From a virus: a DNA stretch of 64,000 nucleotides. Positions 48,446 through 59,789 of this stretch are shown here, in pieces. Within the stretch, counting starts at the first letter, position 1. Every line of letters starts with the position of its first letter. The stretch lies in IMG/VR virus record IMGVR_UViG_3300046167_000876, one strand, 5' to 3'. The notes beneath the pieces were generated by a model. It ran no database searches. It saw only the letters and a program-made list of their open reading frames with translations, and was not told where the DNA came from. A program made the position numbers and the translations under genes.

Positions 48446-49886
48446 AAAATTTAGTTATATTCCCAAAGATAAACGTAAAAAAATACTTTTAATTTGTGAT
48501 GATATCAGAGTACATTCAGGTGTTGCTACTGTTGCTAAAGAAATTGTAGTACATACTGCAAATCATTTTAATTGGTGTCAAATAGCAGGTGCTATTAGAC
48601 ATCCTGAAAAAGGAAAACAACTAGATCTATCAGATGAAACTAATAAAGTAGCAAAAATTGAAGATTCTTATGTAAAATTATTCCCTGTAGATGGTTATGG
48701 TAATGAACAGATTTTAAGAGAAATTTTAAAATTTGAAAAACCAGATGCCGTAATGTTGTTTACAGATCCAAGATATTTTGAGTTTGTTTTTAGAATGGAG
48801 GCTGAAATTAGAAAAATTTGTCCTATTATGTATCTTAATATTTGGGATGATTTACCTGCTCCTATGTATAACAGTGCTTACTATGAAGCTTGTGATTTAT
48901 TAATGGGAATTTCAAAACAAACTGTAAATATTAATAAGTTAGTTTTAAAAGGAAAAGAAAAAAATAGACTATTTAAATATTTACCTCATGGTAAAAATGA
49001 AAATATCTATTACCCTTTAACACAAGAAGAAAAATCATCAAAAGATTTTATTAACTTTAAAAAAAGTATATTTAAAAATAAAAACCCTAAATTTGTTGGT
49101 TTCTTTAACTCTAGGAATATTAGAAGAAAACAAATCCCTGATACTTTATTAGCTTTTAGAGAATTTTTATATTCATTACCTAAAGAAGAAGCTAAAGAAT
49201 GTTTTCTAATATTACATACAGAAGCAGTAACTGATCATGGTACAGATCTATATAAAGTAAGAGAATATTTATTTGGAGAAGATTTTGAAGATCAAATTAT
49301 ATTTTCCCACCAAAAATATGATGATAGAATATTAAATTGGTTATATAATATAGCTGATGTACAACTATTAATTACATCAAATGAAGGATGGGGATTAACA
49401 ATTACTGAGGCTATTTTAGCAGGTACTCCTATTATAGCTAATACTACAGGTGGGATGCAAGATCAAATGAGATTTGTAGATAATGAAGGTAAATGGTTTG
49501 AACCGGATGAGAATGTGCCTTCTAATCATAGGGGTACATATAAAGAACATGGTGAATGGGCATTTCCAGTTTATCCAACTTCAAATTCAATACAAGGTTC
49601 TCCTCCTACTCCTTACATTTATGATGATAGATGTTCATGGGAAGATGTTAGTAAAAGATTAAAAGAAGTATATCTTATGAATAAAGAGGAACTTCAATCT
49701 AGAGGGTTAAAAGGTAGAGAATGGGCTATAAGTAATGAAGCTGGTTTTACATCAAAACACCAGGCTGAAAGATTTGTAGAATATGTAAATGAACTATTTG
49801 ATACTTGGGAACCAAGAGAAAAATATGAAATAGTAAATGCAAATGAATATAAAGGAAAATTTTTAAACCATAAAATAATTTATTAA
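48438..49886 (+). CDS. Glycosyltransferase GT-B (GT4-like)
   Basis: SGVA, RN..RK, NEGWGLTITEA...G.PII. Confidence 0.88.
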   Translation: MDRKFSYIPKDKRKKILLICDDIRVHSGVATVAKEIVVHTANHFNWCQIAGAIRHPEKGKQLDLSDETNKVAKIEDSYVKLFPVDGYGNEQILREILKFEKPDAVMLFTDPRYFEFVFRMEAEIRKICPIMYLNIWDDLPAPMYNSAYYEACDLLMGISKQTVNINKLVLKGKEKNRLFKYLPHGKNENIYYPLTQEEKSSKDFINFKKSIFKNKNPKFVGFFNSRNIRRKQIPDTLLAFREFLYSLPKEEAKECFLILHTEAVTDHGTDLYKVREYLFGEDFEDQIIFSHQKYDDRILNWLYNIADVQLLITSNEGWGLTITEAILAGTPIIANTTGGMQDQMRFVDNEGKWFEPDENVPSNHRGTYKEHGEWAFPVYPTSNSIQGSPPTPYIYDDRCSWEDVSKRLKEVYLMNKEELQSRGLKGREWAISNEAGFTSKHQAERFVEYVNELFDTWEPREKYEIVNANEYKGKFLNHKIIY

Positions 49887-51160
49887 TGAGTAAAACAAGT
49901 TTTGTAATAAGTTGCCCATTTGACACTTATAGTGGATATGGAGCTAGATCAAGAGATATAGTTAAAGCTATAATACAATCTGGAAAATATGATGTAATGT
50001 TATTACCCCAGAGATGGGGATCAACTTCTTGGGGTTTTTGTGATGCACACCCTGAATGGAAGTTTTTAAATGATTTAAAAATTAATAGATTAACTAAACG
50101 TCCTGATATTTGGATGCAAATTACAATACCTAATGAATTTCAACCAGTTGGGAGATATAATATTGGATGTACCGCAGGTATTGAAGCTGATAAATGCAAA
50201 CCAGAATGGATTGCTGGTTTAAATAAAATGGATAGGAATTTTGTGTCTTCTAAATTCACAAAAAAGATGTTTGAAGAACAAATATTTGATCAAAAAGATA
50301 AAAAAACAAACCAAGTTATAGGAAGTATTAAATTAGAAAAACCTATAGATGTTGTATTTGAAGGTGTAGATTTAGATACATATAAACCTCTAAAAAGTAC
50401 TGAATTAACTACTTTTGATTTTAGTAAAATTAAAGAATCATTTTGTTATTTATTTGTAGGACATTGGATGAAAGCAGATTTTGGTCATGATAGAAAAAAT
50501 GTTAGTTTATTAGTAAAAGCATTTTATGAAACATTTAAAAATAAAAAGAAAAAACCTGCTTTAATATTAAAATCATCTACTGGAGTAGCAGGATATATGA
50601 GTAGAGATGAAATTTTAGATAAAATTAACAAAATTAAAAAATCAGTAGATTCTAAAATTTTACCTAATATTTATGTTTTAAATGGAGAATTTAGTGATTC
50701 TGAAATGAATGAATTATATAACCATCCTAAAGTAAAAGCAATGGTTAGTTTAACTAAAGGAGAAGGGTTTGGTAGACCATTACTAGAATTTACTACAACA
50801 GGTAAACCTGTAATAGCTTCAGGTTGGTCTGGTCATACAGATTTTTTACATAATCAATTTTCAGTTTTAATACCTGGAGAATTAGAACCTGTACACGCCT
50901 CTGCTGCTAATAATTGGTTAATTACTGAAGCTAAATGGTTTAAACCTGATACTAGATATGTTGGAGGTTCTTTTAAAAATGTATTTGAGAAATATAAAGA
51001 TTTTAGAACAAAAAGTAAAAGACAAAAATATTATACACAACAAAATTATAGTTGGAAACATATGGAAAAATTAGTTAATGAAATTTTAGATAATAATCTT
51101 CCAGAGTTTCCTAAAGAAATGGAGCTAAAACTCCCAGAATTAAATATACCAAAATTATGA
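49886..51160 (+). CDS. Glycosyltransferase GT-B (GT4-like)
   Basis: SGYG, DRKN, GEGFGRPLLE...GKPVIA. Confidence 0.88.
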   Translation: MSKTSFVISCPFDTYSGYGARSRDIVKAIIQSGKYDVMLLPQRWGSTSWGFCDAHPEWKFLNDLKINRLTKRPDIWMQITIPNEFQPVGRYNIGCTAGIEADKCKPEWIAGLNKMDRNFVSSKFTKKMFEEQIFDQKDKKTNQVIGSIKLEKPIDVVFEGVDLDTYKPLKSTELTTFDFSKIKESFCYLFVGHWMKADFGHDRKNVSLLVKAFYETFKNKKKKPALILKSSTGVAGYMSRDEILDKINKIKKSVDSKILPNIYVLNGEFSDSEMNELYNHPKVKAMVSLTKGEGFGRPLLEFTTTGKPVIASGWSGHTDFLHNQFSVLIPGELEPVHASAANNWLITEAKWFKPDTRYVGGSFKNVFEKYKDFRTKSKRQKYYTQQNYSWKHMEKLVNEILDNNLPEFPKEMELKLPELNIPKL

Positions 51161-51600
51161 AACATGACTCACTAAAAATATGCACCAGATGTGGTTCAGA
51201 TGCTTGTTATACCCAAGAAGTAACTAAAGATATTAATATAGAAATGTGTTATGGATGTGGTTTTCAAAGTAACAGTATAATTAAAAAAGGAAATGAATTC
51301 TTTAATCAACAATTTGAAAATCTTCCAGAATTATATAAAGAATTAATGGATGAAGAAGAAGAAACAGGTAAAATATGGATGCCCACTATTATTAACTTAA
51401 AAGATAAGGGTATGGTTTTTGCTGATGGAACTGGAAGAAATAATTGGAGATGGGCTGCAGTCAAAGCAGTAGAAATACCTAAGGAAGAACAAGAAAAATT
51501 TAAAGGAGAAAAACATAAAGCTGATATGTCTACTATAAAACATTTTGTAGAACGTGAATTTATAGAAGCACTTTCATATATTGGCGTATTACCAGAATAA
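51157..51600 (+). CDS. Zn-ribbon hypothetical protein
   Basis: CTRCGS...CYGCGF. Confidence 0.65.
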   Translation: MKHDSLKICTRCGSDACYTQEVTKDINIEMCYGCGFQSNSIIKKGNEFFNQQFENLPELYKELMDEEEETGKIWMPTIINLKDKGMVFADGTGRNNWRWAAVKAVEIPKEEQEKFKGEKHKADMSTIKHFVEREFIEALSYIGVLPE

Positions 51601-52455
51601 ATGAAAATATTAGTTACAGGTGGAGTTGGATTTGTAGGAACAGCTCTAATTAAAAAATTGTTAACCGAGGGACATAATGTTCACTCATTAGATAATTATG
51701 AAATTGGTGTTATTGAAAATGAAATAGCTGGTTGTAATTATCATATTGGGGATATAGAAAATATAAGTTTAATGGATAAAGATTTTGATCTAATATTTCA
51801 TTTAGCTGCTCTATCTAGAATACAACCTTCATTTAATAATCCAAATGAAACCTACAGAGTTAATACAATTGGAACACAAAGGGTATGTGAATTTGCTAGA
51901 TTAACGGGAGCTAAAGTTGTATATGCTGGTTCCTCTTCTAGATGGCATGATCCATATCAATCACCTTATGCTGCGTGTAAACACATGGGAGAAGAAGCAT
52001 GTAAAATGTATAAAAAAACCTATGGTATGAATATTGAAATAGTTAGGTTTTATAATGTTTATGGTCCTGGTGAAATAGTAGATGGAGATTGGGCTGCGGT
52101 TATAGGAAAATGGAGACGTCAAGTTAGAGATGGAGAACCAATAACCATTGTAGGTAATGGTGAACAAAGAAGAGATTTTACCTATATAGATGACATTATA
52201 GATGGACTATGGAAAATTGGAATGAAGGAATTAACACATGAAGATGCCTGGGAATTAGGAACGGGTATGAATTATTCTATTAATGATGTTTATTTAATGT
52301 TTAAGGAAAGATTTGGAGTTGATTTTATTAACTTACCAGACCAATCAGGCAATTATAGAGCTACTTTAAGAGAAAATGATGATAGTTTAGATAAATTAAA
52401 TTGGAAACCTTCAGATAAATTAAGAGATTATATCTTAAGTTTAAACAAAAATTAA
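51601..52455 (+). CDS. NAD-dependent epimerase/dehydratase
   Basis: TGGVGFVG, HLAA, YAACK, RFYNVYGP, RDF. Confidence 0.92.
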   Translation: MKILVTGGVGFVGTALIKKLLTEGHNVHSLDNYEIGVIENEIAGCNYHIGDIENISLMDKDFDLIFHLAALSRIQPSFNNPNETYRVNTIGTQRVCEFARLTGAKVVYAGSSSRWHDPYQSPYAACKHMGEEACKMYKKTYGMNIEIVRFYNVYGPGEIVDGDWAAVIGKWRRQVRDGEPITIVGNGEQRRDFTYIDDIIDGLWKIGMKELTHEDAWELGTGMNYSINDVYLMFKERFGVDFINLPDQSGNYRATLRENDDSLDKLNWKPSDKLRDYILSLNKN

Positions 52456-52457
52456 AT

Positions 52458-53087
52458 ATGAAAATAAGTTATGCAATAACCGTATGTGATGAGTTTCTTG
52501 AAATACAAAAACTTCTCTCACTATTATTAAATAATAAAAGACAACAGGATGAAATTGTAGTATTAGTTGATTTAAGTAAAAATGAACCTACATCTGAACT
52601 TTTAAGTTATCTTCATGAACTAAGTTCTGAAGATTGTATTAAGTTAGTTGAAGACAATTTTAAAGGACATTTTGCTAATTGGAAGAATTTATTAACTAAT
52701 CATTGTTCTGGAGATTTTATATTTCAAATAGATGCTGATGAAACCCCCCATGAAGTATTATTAGGTTATCTTCCTGAAATATTAGGAAATAATCCTAATA
52801 ATGAAGTATATTTAGTTCCTAGAGTTAATACTGTAGAAGGATTAACAGATGAACATATTAAAAAATGGGGATGGAGAGTTAACGATGCCGGTTGGGTAAA
52901 TTGGCCTGATTATCAATGGCGTATTTGGAAAAATAAACCAGAAATTAAATGGGTAAATAAAGTACATGAAAAACTAGAAGGTTTTAAAACATATGCTACC
53001 ATTCCTTTAACTGAACAATTATCTTTATACCACCCTAAAAATATTAATCGTCAAGAAAAACAAAACGCTTATTACGATACATTATGA
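52458..53087 (+). CDS. Glycosyltransferase family 2
   Basis: DEIVV, IDADE, PDYQ.R, VHE. Confidence 0.85.
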   Translation: MKISYAITVCDEFLEIQKLLSLLLNNKRQQDEIVVLVDLSKNEPTSELLSYLHELSSEDCIKLVEDNFKGHFANWKNLLTNHCSGDFIFQIDADETPHEVLLGYLPEILGNNPNNEVYLVPRVNTVEGLTDEHIKKWGWRVNDAGWVNWPDYQWRIWKNKPEIKWVNKVHEKLEGFKTYATIPLTEQLSLYHPKNINRQEKQNAYYDTL

Positions 53088-53959
53088 AAATATTATATGT
53101 AACAAATCATAATGATATTTTTGATTTTACTAAAGGGGTTATTAATGATTACCAAAATGATTTAGTATTTCATGGTTTAAGAGAATTATTTGGAGATGAT
53201 GTTGTAGATAGTACACAAATAATATCTTTATATAAAGAATTTGAAGGTAAGATTTTGCCTCAAAACTTATGGGGACGTATGACTCTTTTTTGGTTAATAG
53301 GTGATAATAATATAGATAGAACTAATATTGAAGATAAAATTAAAGATAAATATTATGATTTAATTATTTATGGGTCAATTAAACGTTGTAGAAATTATTA
53401 TAATCTAGTTTCTAAAGTATACCCACCTGATAGAGTTATACTAATTGATGGAAATGATGAAGAAACTTTAGATCCTTTACATACTAAACATCTATATTTT
53501 AAAAGAGAATTTTTACCTGGCTATGAACATAAAAATATCCATCCTATAACTTTTGGTATTCCTTCTTCTAAAATAGCCAAATTGCCTATAACAAAAACAC
53601 AACAATATGCAACTAACATCCCAGGTAAACCTGAAACTTATATTTTTAAAGATGAAAAAAGTTACTATGAAGATTACCAAAAATCATATTATGGAGTAAC
53701 TACTAAAAAAGCAGGATGGGATTGTATGAGACACTATGAGATATTAGGTAATTATTGTATGCCTTATTTTCCAGAATTAGAAAAATGTCCTAAGAATACT
53801 TTATCTTTACTACCAAAAGAATTACTTATAGAAGGAAGAGAGTTAACGAAAAATTTTAATATTGAAAGATATTATAATATTTTAGATGAACTATTTGATT
53901 ATACTAAACAAAATCTTACTACAAAAAATGTAGCTGAGTATATATTATCTAAAATATGA
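53084..53959 (+). CDS. Putative glycosyltransferase
   Basis: IDG.D, FKRE, GWDCMRHYEI....C.P; lies in sugar island. Confidence 0.55.
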   Translation: MKILYVTNHNDIFDFTKGVINDYQNDLVFHGLRELFGDDVVDSTQIISLYKEFEGKILPQNLWGRMTLFWLIGDNNIDRTNIEDKIKDKYYDLIIYGSIKRCRNYYNLVSKVYPPDRVILIDGNDEETLDPLHTKHLYFKREFLPGYEHKNIHPITFGIPSSKIAKLPITKTQQYATNIPGKPETYIFKDEKSYYEDYQKSYYGVTTKKAGWDCMRHYEILGNYCMPYFPELEKCPKNTLSLLPKELLIEGRELTKNFNIERYYNILDELFDYTKQNLTTKNVAEYILSKI

Positions 53960-54747
53960 TATTAAAGGAAATTATAAATAAATCATATTATGGTACCTGT
54001 AATTATATTGGTAATCTTAATGATCTTAAAAGATTAGAACAACTTATTTTATATAATTTTAATGTACTAAAAGAATATAAAGGTATTATAGTAGCCACTA
54101 ACTATGGAAATCTAGATTTATCCTCCCAAAATTCAGAAATGTGGTTAAAGTATTTCCCTAATTGTCATATAATTGATTTAAATGAAAATAGAGGACATAA
54201 TTTTGGGACTGCTGATTTAGACAATGTCTTATTTGATTATTGTAAACAAAATAATATAGAATGGTTATGTAAATCATCAGGAGATACTATTTTAGAAATA
54301 GAAGTACTTAATAATAGAATTGAAGAAAGTGATTTTTATTACTTAAATGGAATTGGTTATGGTGGAATGGTTAAATATAATTTTAATTTAGATGTAATAA
54401 TTAAAGAAGATTTTTATCCACAAACTAATTTTTATTTTATAAATGTATCAAAAACAGATTATTTAAATGATAAAGATTACATTAATAAAACATATGACAC
54501 TATTAAAAATAATTCTGAATATAATGGAAAAATTTGGGAATATTTTAGTGGGTGGAGTTGTGAAGATTTCTTAAAAAATTGTGTTATTAGAAATAATCTT
54601 TCCAAATTTCATTTGGTTACTCCAAAAAATTATCGTATATTACTTCAATATATAAAAGATTCTCAAATACATGACTGTAGTCATAAACAAATAATGATTG
54701 AAAATATTTGTCATTTACATGAGGGTAATAATATAATAAAACTTTAA
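53956..54747 (+). CDS. Hypothetical (GT-A-like) protein
   Basis: ENRGH.FG motif; lies in sugar island. Confidence 0.45.
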   Translation: MILKEIINKSYYGTCNYIGNLNDLKRLEQLILYNFNVLKEYKGIIVATNYGNLDLSSQNSEMWLKYFPNCHIIDLNENRGHNFGTADLDNVLFDYCKQNNIEWLCKSSGDTILEIEVLNNRIEESDFYYLNGIGYGGMVKYNFNLDVIIKEDFYPQTNFYFINVSKTDYLNDKDYINKTYDTIKNNSEYNGKIWEYFSGWSCEDFLKNCVIRNNLSKFHLVTPKNYRILLQYIKDSQIHDCSHKQIMIENICHLHEGNNIIKL

Positions 54748-54748
54748 T

Positions 54749-55901
54749 ATGAAACAAACAAAAAAAATTTGGTATGCTCCTTATAAGCATGAAGCTTATG
54801 GTCAAGAAGAAATTGATGCCGTAGTTGAATCACTAAAATCAGGTTGGTTAGGAGGACAAGGTCCTAAATCAGTTGAATTTGAAGAAAAAATTGCTAAAAC
54901 ATTTGGTAAAAAATATGGTGTATTTGTTAACTCGGGTTCATCAGCATGTTTATTAGCTATTGCTGCTTTAGACTTACCTAAAGGAACTAAAATTATTACA
55001 CCTGCTTGTACATTTGCTACCACATTAGCTCCTATTATCCAATTAGGATATGTACCTGTATTTGTAGATGTAGATTTAACTACATATTGTGCAAATATAG
55101 ATCAAGTTATAGCTAAAGTAACAGATGATACATCAGCAATTATGTTGCCAAATTTAATTGGTAATAAACCAGATTGGCCTAGACTTAAAAAGGCATTAGT
55201 TGATATGGGTAGAGAAGATATTTATTTAATTGAAGATTCAGCTGATACTTTAACTCAAACACCTGAAACAGATGTTGCCACTACTAGTTTTTACGCTTCA
55301 CACGTTATTACAGCTGGTGGAGTAGGTGGAATGGTAATGTATAATGATAAAAAACATGTTACTAAATGTTTACAATATAGAGATTGGGGTAGATTAGGTG
55401 ATGATTCTGAGATTATGGATGATAGATTTAATCATATAGTAGATGGGATTCCTTATGATCATAAATTTTTATATTCAGTATTAGGTTATCATATGAAAGC
55501 TAGTGAAATGAATGCCGCATTTGGTATTGTTCAATTAGAAAGATTTGGTGTTAATAGTAAAATTAGAAGAGATAATGTTGAACGTTATTTAGAAAATTTA
55601 AAAGGGGTTGGGGATCTAATTTTACCTGATGATAGTATTAAACCTAATTGGTTAGCAATACCCTTACAAACAGAAAAAAGATTTGAATTATTAAACTTTT
55701 TAGAGGAATAATAACATCCAAACTAGAGTAACATTTGCCGGTAATGTAACTAGACACCCAGTTTATCGTGAGTATTTAGAAGACTTTGAAAATTCAGATA
55801 CTATTATGAAAAATGGATTTTTACTAGGAGCTCATCACGGGATGACTGTTGAAGATGTAGATATTGTATGTGATAAAGTTAAAGAATTTTTTAATAAATA
55901 G
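54749..55901 (+). CDS. DegT/RfbH-type PLP-dependent nucleotide-sugar enzyme (1-nt insertion near 55708)
   Basis: VNSGSSA, TF.TT, IEDSAD, SFYASH...G.GG (His in place of Lys, as in E1/ColD-type dehydratases), RDWGR; C-terminus NIQTR..FAGN continues in shifted frame to TAG 55901. Confidence 0.85.
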
Positions 55902-56585
55902 ATGAAAGTAGCTATATTAGGGGATGGATTACTAGGAATAGAATTATCAAAACAAACTAATTGGGATATTATTAGTAGAAATTCTCATGGTCTTGATTTT
56001 AATGATATATCATCTTGGTATCAATATTTAGTTAAATATGATGTAATTATTAATTGTATAGCTAACACTGATTCATACTCCAAAGATAAAACCCAACATT
56101 GGAACATAAATTATAAATCAGTAGTAAGACTATGTAATTGGTGTAATGAATATGATAAAAAATTAGTACATATATCTACTGAATTTGTTTATGCTAATAA
56201 TGAAAAACCACCTACAGAAGAAGATATTCCATCCCCTGATAATACTTGGTATGCTTATACTAAATTATTAGCAGATGAATATATTAAACTTACTAGTTTT
56301 AATTATCTAATTTGTAGAGAATTACATAAACCAAATCCATTCCTATATGATGAGGTTTGGAAAGTCCAAACATCAGGAGATACAGTTGATAAAATAGCTA
56401 ATTTAATAATACAATTAATAAATAAAAATGCTAGTGGAGTTTTTAATGTTGGTACTGGGGATAAATGGTTAAAAGAACTTGCACCTAAAACAAGTAAAGT
56501 AATACCACCTCCATTTAAAACCCCATTTGATACTAGAATGGACTTAACTAAACTTAATAACTTTTTAAATGAGAATAATATATAG
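55902..56585 (+). CDS. dTDP-4-dehydrorhamnose reductase-like SDR
   Basis: GDGLLG, INCIA, HISTEFVY, YAYTK. Confidence 0.75.
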   Translation: MKVAILGDGLLGIELSKQTNWDIISRNSHGLDFNDISSWYQYLVKYDVIINCIANTDSYSKDKTQHWNINYKSVVRLCNWCNEYDKKLVHISTEFVYANNEKPPTEEDIPSPDNTWYAYTKLLADEYIKLTSFNYLICRELHKPNPFLYDEVWKVQTSGDTVDKIANLIIQLINKNASGVFNVGTGDKWLKELAPKTSKVIPPPFKTPFDTRMDLTKLNNFLNENNI

Positions 56586-57264
56586 AATATCAGATGCTGG
56601 TTATAATAAAGTCAAACCAGAATATATTAATAATGAAAATTGTTTAGCTAATGCTACTAAGGTATTTGATAATTCAACCTGGAGTGTTATAGCAGATAAT
56701 GTATCCCCAGATACTAATAATATGATTCAAAAATATGTAACACGTAATTGTATTTTATATGCTGAAAAAGGTAATGGGGCTGCAACATTTAATTTAGCAT
56801 TGGATGAAGCCTTAACTTATGATGATGAAGAAATAATATATTTTATAGAGAATGATTATTTGCATAAACCTGAATCTGAAAAAATAATAGAAGAAGGATT
56901 TAAATTAGGAGCATCATTTGTATCATTATATGACCATCCAGATAAATACATTACACCTGAAAATGGTGGTAATCCTTATTGTCAAGGTGGAGCTGAAGAC
57001 ACAAGAGTATATTTAACTGATTCTTGCCATTGGAAAATAACTAATAGTACTACTATGACTTTTGCTGCTAAAGTAAAAACATTAAAAAAAGTAGAACCTA
57101 CACTTAGAGCTTATACTACTGGAACCTACCCTCAGGATTTTAAAATGTTTTTGGATTTAAGAAAACAAGGACATTTGTTAGTAACACCTTTACCTGGATA
57201 TTCTACTCATGGAGAAACTGCTTGGTTAACTCCTTTAACTAAATGGGAACAATATATAAAATGA
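56569..57264 (+). CDS. GT-A glycosyltransferase-like protein
   Basis: YFIENDYLH, STTMTFA. Confidence 0.6.
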   Translation: MRIIYRISDAGYNKVKPEYINNENCLANATKVFDNSTWSVIADNVSPDTNNMIQKYVTRNCILYAEKGNGAATFNLALDEALTYDDEEIIYFIENDYLHKPESEKIIEEGFKLGASFVSLYDHPDKYITPENGGNPYCQGGAEDTRVYLTDSCHWKITNSTTMTFAAKVKTLKKVEPTLRAYTTGTYPQDFKMFLDLRKQGHLLVTPLPGYSTHGETAWLTPLTKWEQYIK

Positions 57265-58025
57265 TAACAGTAGTAATTACAACATATAAAGAACCTAAGG
57301 CATTAGATATTTGTTTACAATCCGCTATTAAAGGACAAGTCCACGATAATCAGATTATTGTAGTAGTAGATGGTTATTATGACTTAAATAAAGAAGTACT
57401 AGATAAATATAAGGATAAAATAAATACCCTTAATTTAGAAAATAATTTAGGAATGATTAAGGCCATGAATTTAGGTCATTATAATGCCCATCATGATTTG
57501 GTATTTCATGTTCAAGATGATAATGTATTTCCAAATAAATGGGATGAAAAATTATTAGAACATTATAAAGAAGGATCAGTTTTAACCCCAAACCAAATAG
57601 AACCTAATCCAAGTATGTTTCCTCAATTTAGTATAAAAGATTTAGGAACGGATTTAAATAACTTTAATTTATCTTCATTTTGGGATTACAATGAATTAAT
57701 ATCTAAAAATGAATTTGATGAATGTGGTTCAACTTTCCCTTTCTTAATATCTAAATCTGATTATCTAAAAATAGGTGGATTTGATGAATCATACCCAGGA
57801 CCTTGGGTTGTTGATTGGGAATTTTTTATGAAATGTCAAATGAATGGATTAAAAATGATTAGAACTTATAACTGCCATTTTTACCATTTTGTATCATTAG
57901 GGACAAAATCACAAGAACAATTAGAGGAAGCAAAACAAAAAGAAAATTTATGTCATAAATTTGCCTTATACAAATGGGGTTCGTATATTAAACATAACCC
58001 CCAAAATAATTTAAAATATATTTAA
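57261..58025 (+). CDS. Glycosyltransferase family 2
   Basis: IIVVVDG, N.G...A.N.G, QDD, GGFDE, D.EF. Confidence 0.88.
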   Translation: MITVVITTYKEPKALDICLQSAIKGQVHDNQIIVVVDGYYDLNKEVLDKYKDKINTLNLENNLGMIKAMNLGHYNAHHDLVFHVQDDNVFPNKWDEKLLEHYKEGSVLTPNQIEPNPSMFPQFSIKDLGTDLNNFNLSSFWDYNELISKNEFDECGSTFPFLISKSDYLKIGGFDESYPGPWVVDWEFFMKCQMNGLKMIRTYNCHFYHFVSLGTKSQEQLEEAKQKENLCHKFALYKWGSYIKHNPQNNLKYI

Positions 58026-58466
58026 ATGAAAAAATATAAATTAGGTTTTACTGCTGGTAATTTTGATTTACTTCATCCCGGTTATATTTACACATTTGAA
58101 GAGGCAAAACGTCATTGCGAAAAATTTATAGTATTTTTACAAAGAGATCCTTCATTGCATAGAAAATCCAAGTATAAACCTGTAATTCCATCTTGGGATA
58201 GATATAAAGCATTAATGTCAATTCAACACATTGATGAAGTTTATATGTATCAGACTGAAGATGAATTACTTGATTTAATTAAAATATTTAAACCTGATCT
58301 AAGGATTTTAGGTGAGGATTATTTAGGTAAATCCTTTACAGGAGACGATTTACCTATTAAAATATTGTATACTTCTAGATCACATGGTTGGTCAACAACT
58401 AAATTAAAAGATTTAATTACTAAACAAACCATTAAACAAAACCCAGACATGTTAAATGAAAAATAA
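58026..58466 (+). CDS. Cytidylyltransferase-like (TagD/RfaE family)
   Basis: GNFDLLHPGY (HxGH variant), GEDY, STT. Confidence 0.8.
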   Translation: MKKYKLGFTAGNFDLLHPGYIYTFEEAKRHCEKFIVFLQRDPSLHRKSKYKPVIPSWDRYKALMSIQHIDEVYMYQTEDELLDLIKIFKPDLRILGEDYLGKSFTGDDLPIKILYTSRSHGWSTTKLKDLITKQTIKQNPDMLNEK

Positions 58467-58902
58467 TATACCAGTTTTTACTGATGTTAGAGGTGATTTT
58501 ATTCCTTATGACTTAAAAGGTTGGGATCAGATGAATATTAGTATCAACGAAGCTAGATATACATTCAGAGGTCTACATTATCAAATTAACCCTCGACAAA
58601 CTAAGTTAGTTAAAGTTATTCAAGGAAAAGTTTTAGATATTATATATGACTTAAATTCTTCTAATATTGAATTTTATAAGTTAGATAAAAATAATGATTT
58701 GTATATAACAGATAATTATGCTCATGGTTTTTTAACATTAGAACCTAATACTATATTTACTTATCTAGTTAAAGGGGAATACAATCCTAAAGAGGAGTAT
58801 AGTATTGTTTGGGATAAAATCCCAGAGGTAAAATCCATTATTGAACATTATACCACAGCAGATAGATTAACAATTTCAGAAAAAGATAAATTAGGAAAAT
58901 GA
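58456..58902 (+). CDS. rmlC: dTDP-4-dehydrorhamnose 3,5-epimerase
   Basis: D.RG.F, RGLHYQ, Q.KLV, AHGF.TL, S.KD. Confidence 0.88.
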   Translation: MKNNIPVFTDVRGDFIPYDLKGWDQMNISINEARYTFRGLHYQINPRQTKLVKVIQGKVLDIIYDLNSSNIEFYKLDKNNDLYITDNYAHGFLTLEPNTIFTYLVKGEYNPKEEYSIVWDKIPEVKSIIEHYTTADRLTISEKDKLGK

Positions 58903-59789
58903 GAATAGTAATTACAGGAGCATTTGGATTTATTGGATCACATTTTGCAAAATGGGTATTTAATTTAGATGACGATATTAAAATATTAGTGGTAGATAAT
59001 TGTACTTATGCAGCCAATAGAGATAATTTAAAGGGTATTACTTATGAATGGTTAAATAAAGATATTTGTGATGTAACAGCTGAAGATTTAGGAGAATATG
59101 ATTATTTAATTAATTTTGCAGCTGAATCCCATGTTGATAATTCAATTAAAGATGGAAGACCATTTGTTAGAACAAATGTAGAAGGTACATTCAATTTATT
59201 AGAAGTAGCAAGACAAAACCCAGATTTAAAGAAATTTATCCAAATATCAACAGATGAAGTTTATGGGGATATGGATGATTATGGTCCTGGTGTTTTAGCT
59301 GATGAAAAATTTAGTTTAATTGGGTCATCATATTATTCATCAACTAAGGCGTCTGCCGATTTATTAGTTCAAGCAGCAGGTAGAACGTATAAGTTACCAT
59401 ATTTAATAACACGTACGTGTAATAATTATGGTAAAAACCAACATCAAGAAAAATTATTGCCTACAATAATAAATTGTGTTAAAAATAATCTTAAAATTCC
59501 TATCTATGGAGATGGTCAAAATATAAGAGAATGGATACATGCTGATGATAATTCAATGATAATATTCAATTTATTAAATTCAGATAAAACAGGAGTACAT
59601 AACATAGGTTCAGGTGAAAGATATACTAATTTACAAATAATTGAAACTATAGAAAAAATATTAGGTTATCAATTAGATTTAAAGTTTGTAGAAGATAGAA
59701 AAGGCCATGATAGAGCTTATGGTTTATTAACTAATTATACACCTGTATTACAAAATAACTTGACAAAATATTTAACAGAACAATTATGA
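58899..59789 (+). CDS. rmlB: dTDP-glucose 4,6-dehydratase
   Basis: GFIGS.F, NFAAESHVD.SI, ISTDEVYG, YSSTK, NNYG..Q..EK, DRKGHD. Confidence 0.92.
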   Translation: MRIVITGAFGFIGSHFAKWVFNLDDDIKILVVDNCTYAANRDNLKGITYEWLNKDICDVTAEDLGEYDYLINFAAESHVDNSIKDGRPFVRTNVEGTFNLLEVARQNPDLKKFIQISTDEVYGDMDDYGPGVLADEKFSLIGSSYYSSTKASADLLVQAAGRTYKLPYLITRTCNNYGKNQHQEKLLPTIINCVKNNLKIPIYGDGQNIREWIHADDNSMIIFNLLNSDKTGVHNIGSGERYTNLQIIETIEKILGYQLDLKFVEDRKGHDRAYGLLTNYTPVLQNNLTKYLTEQL

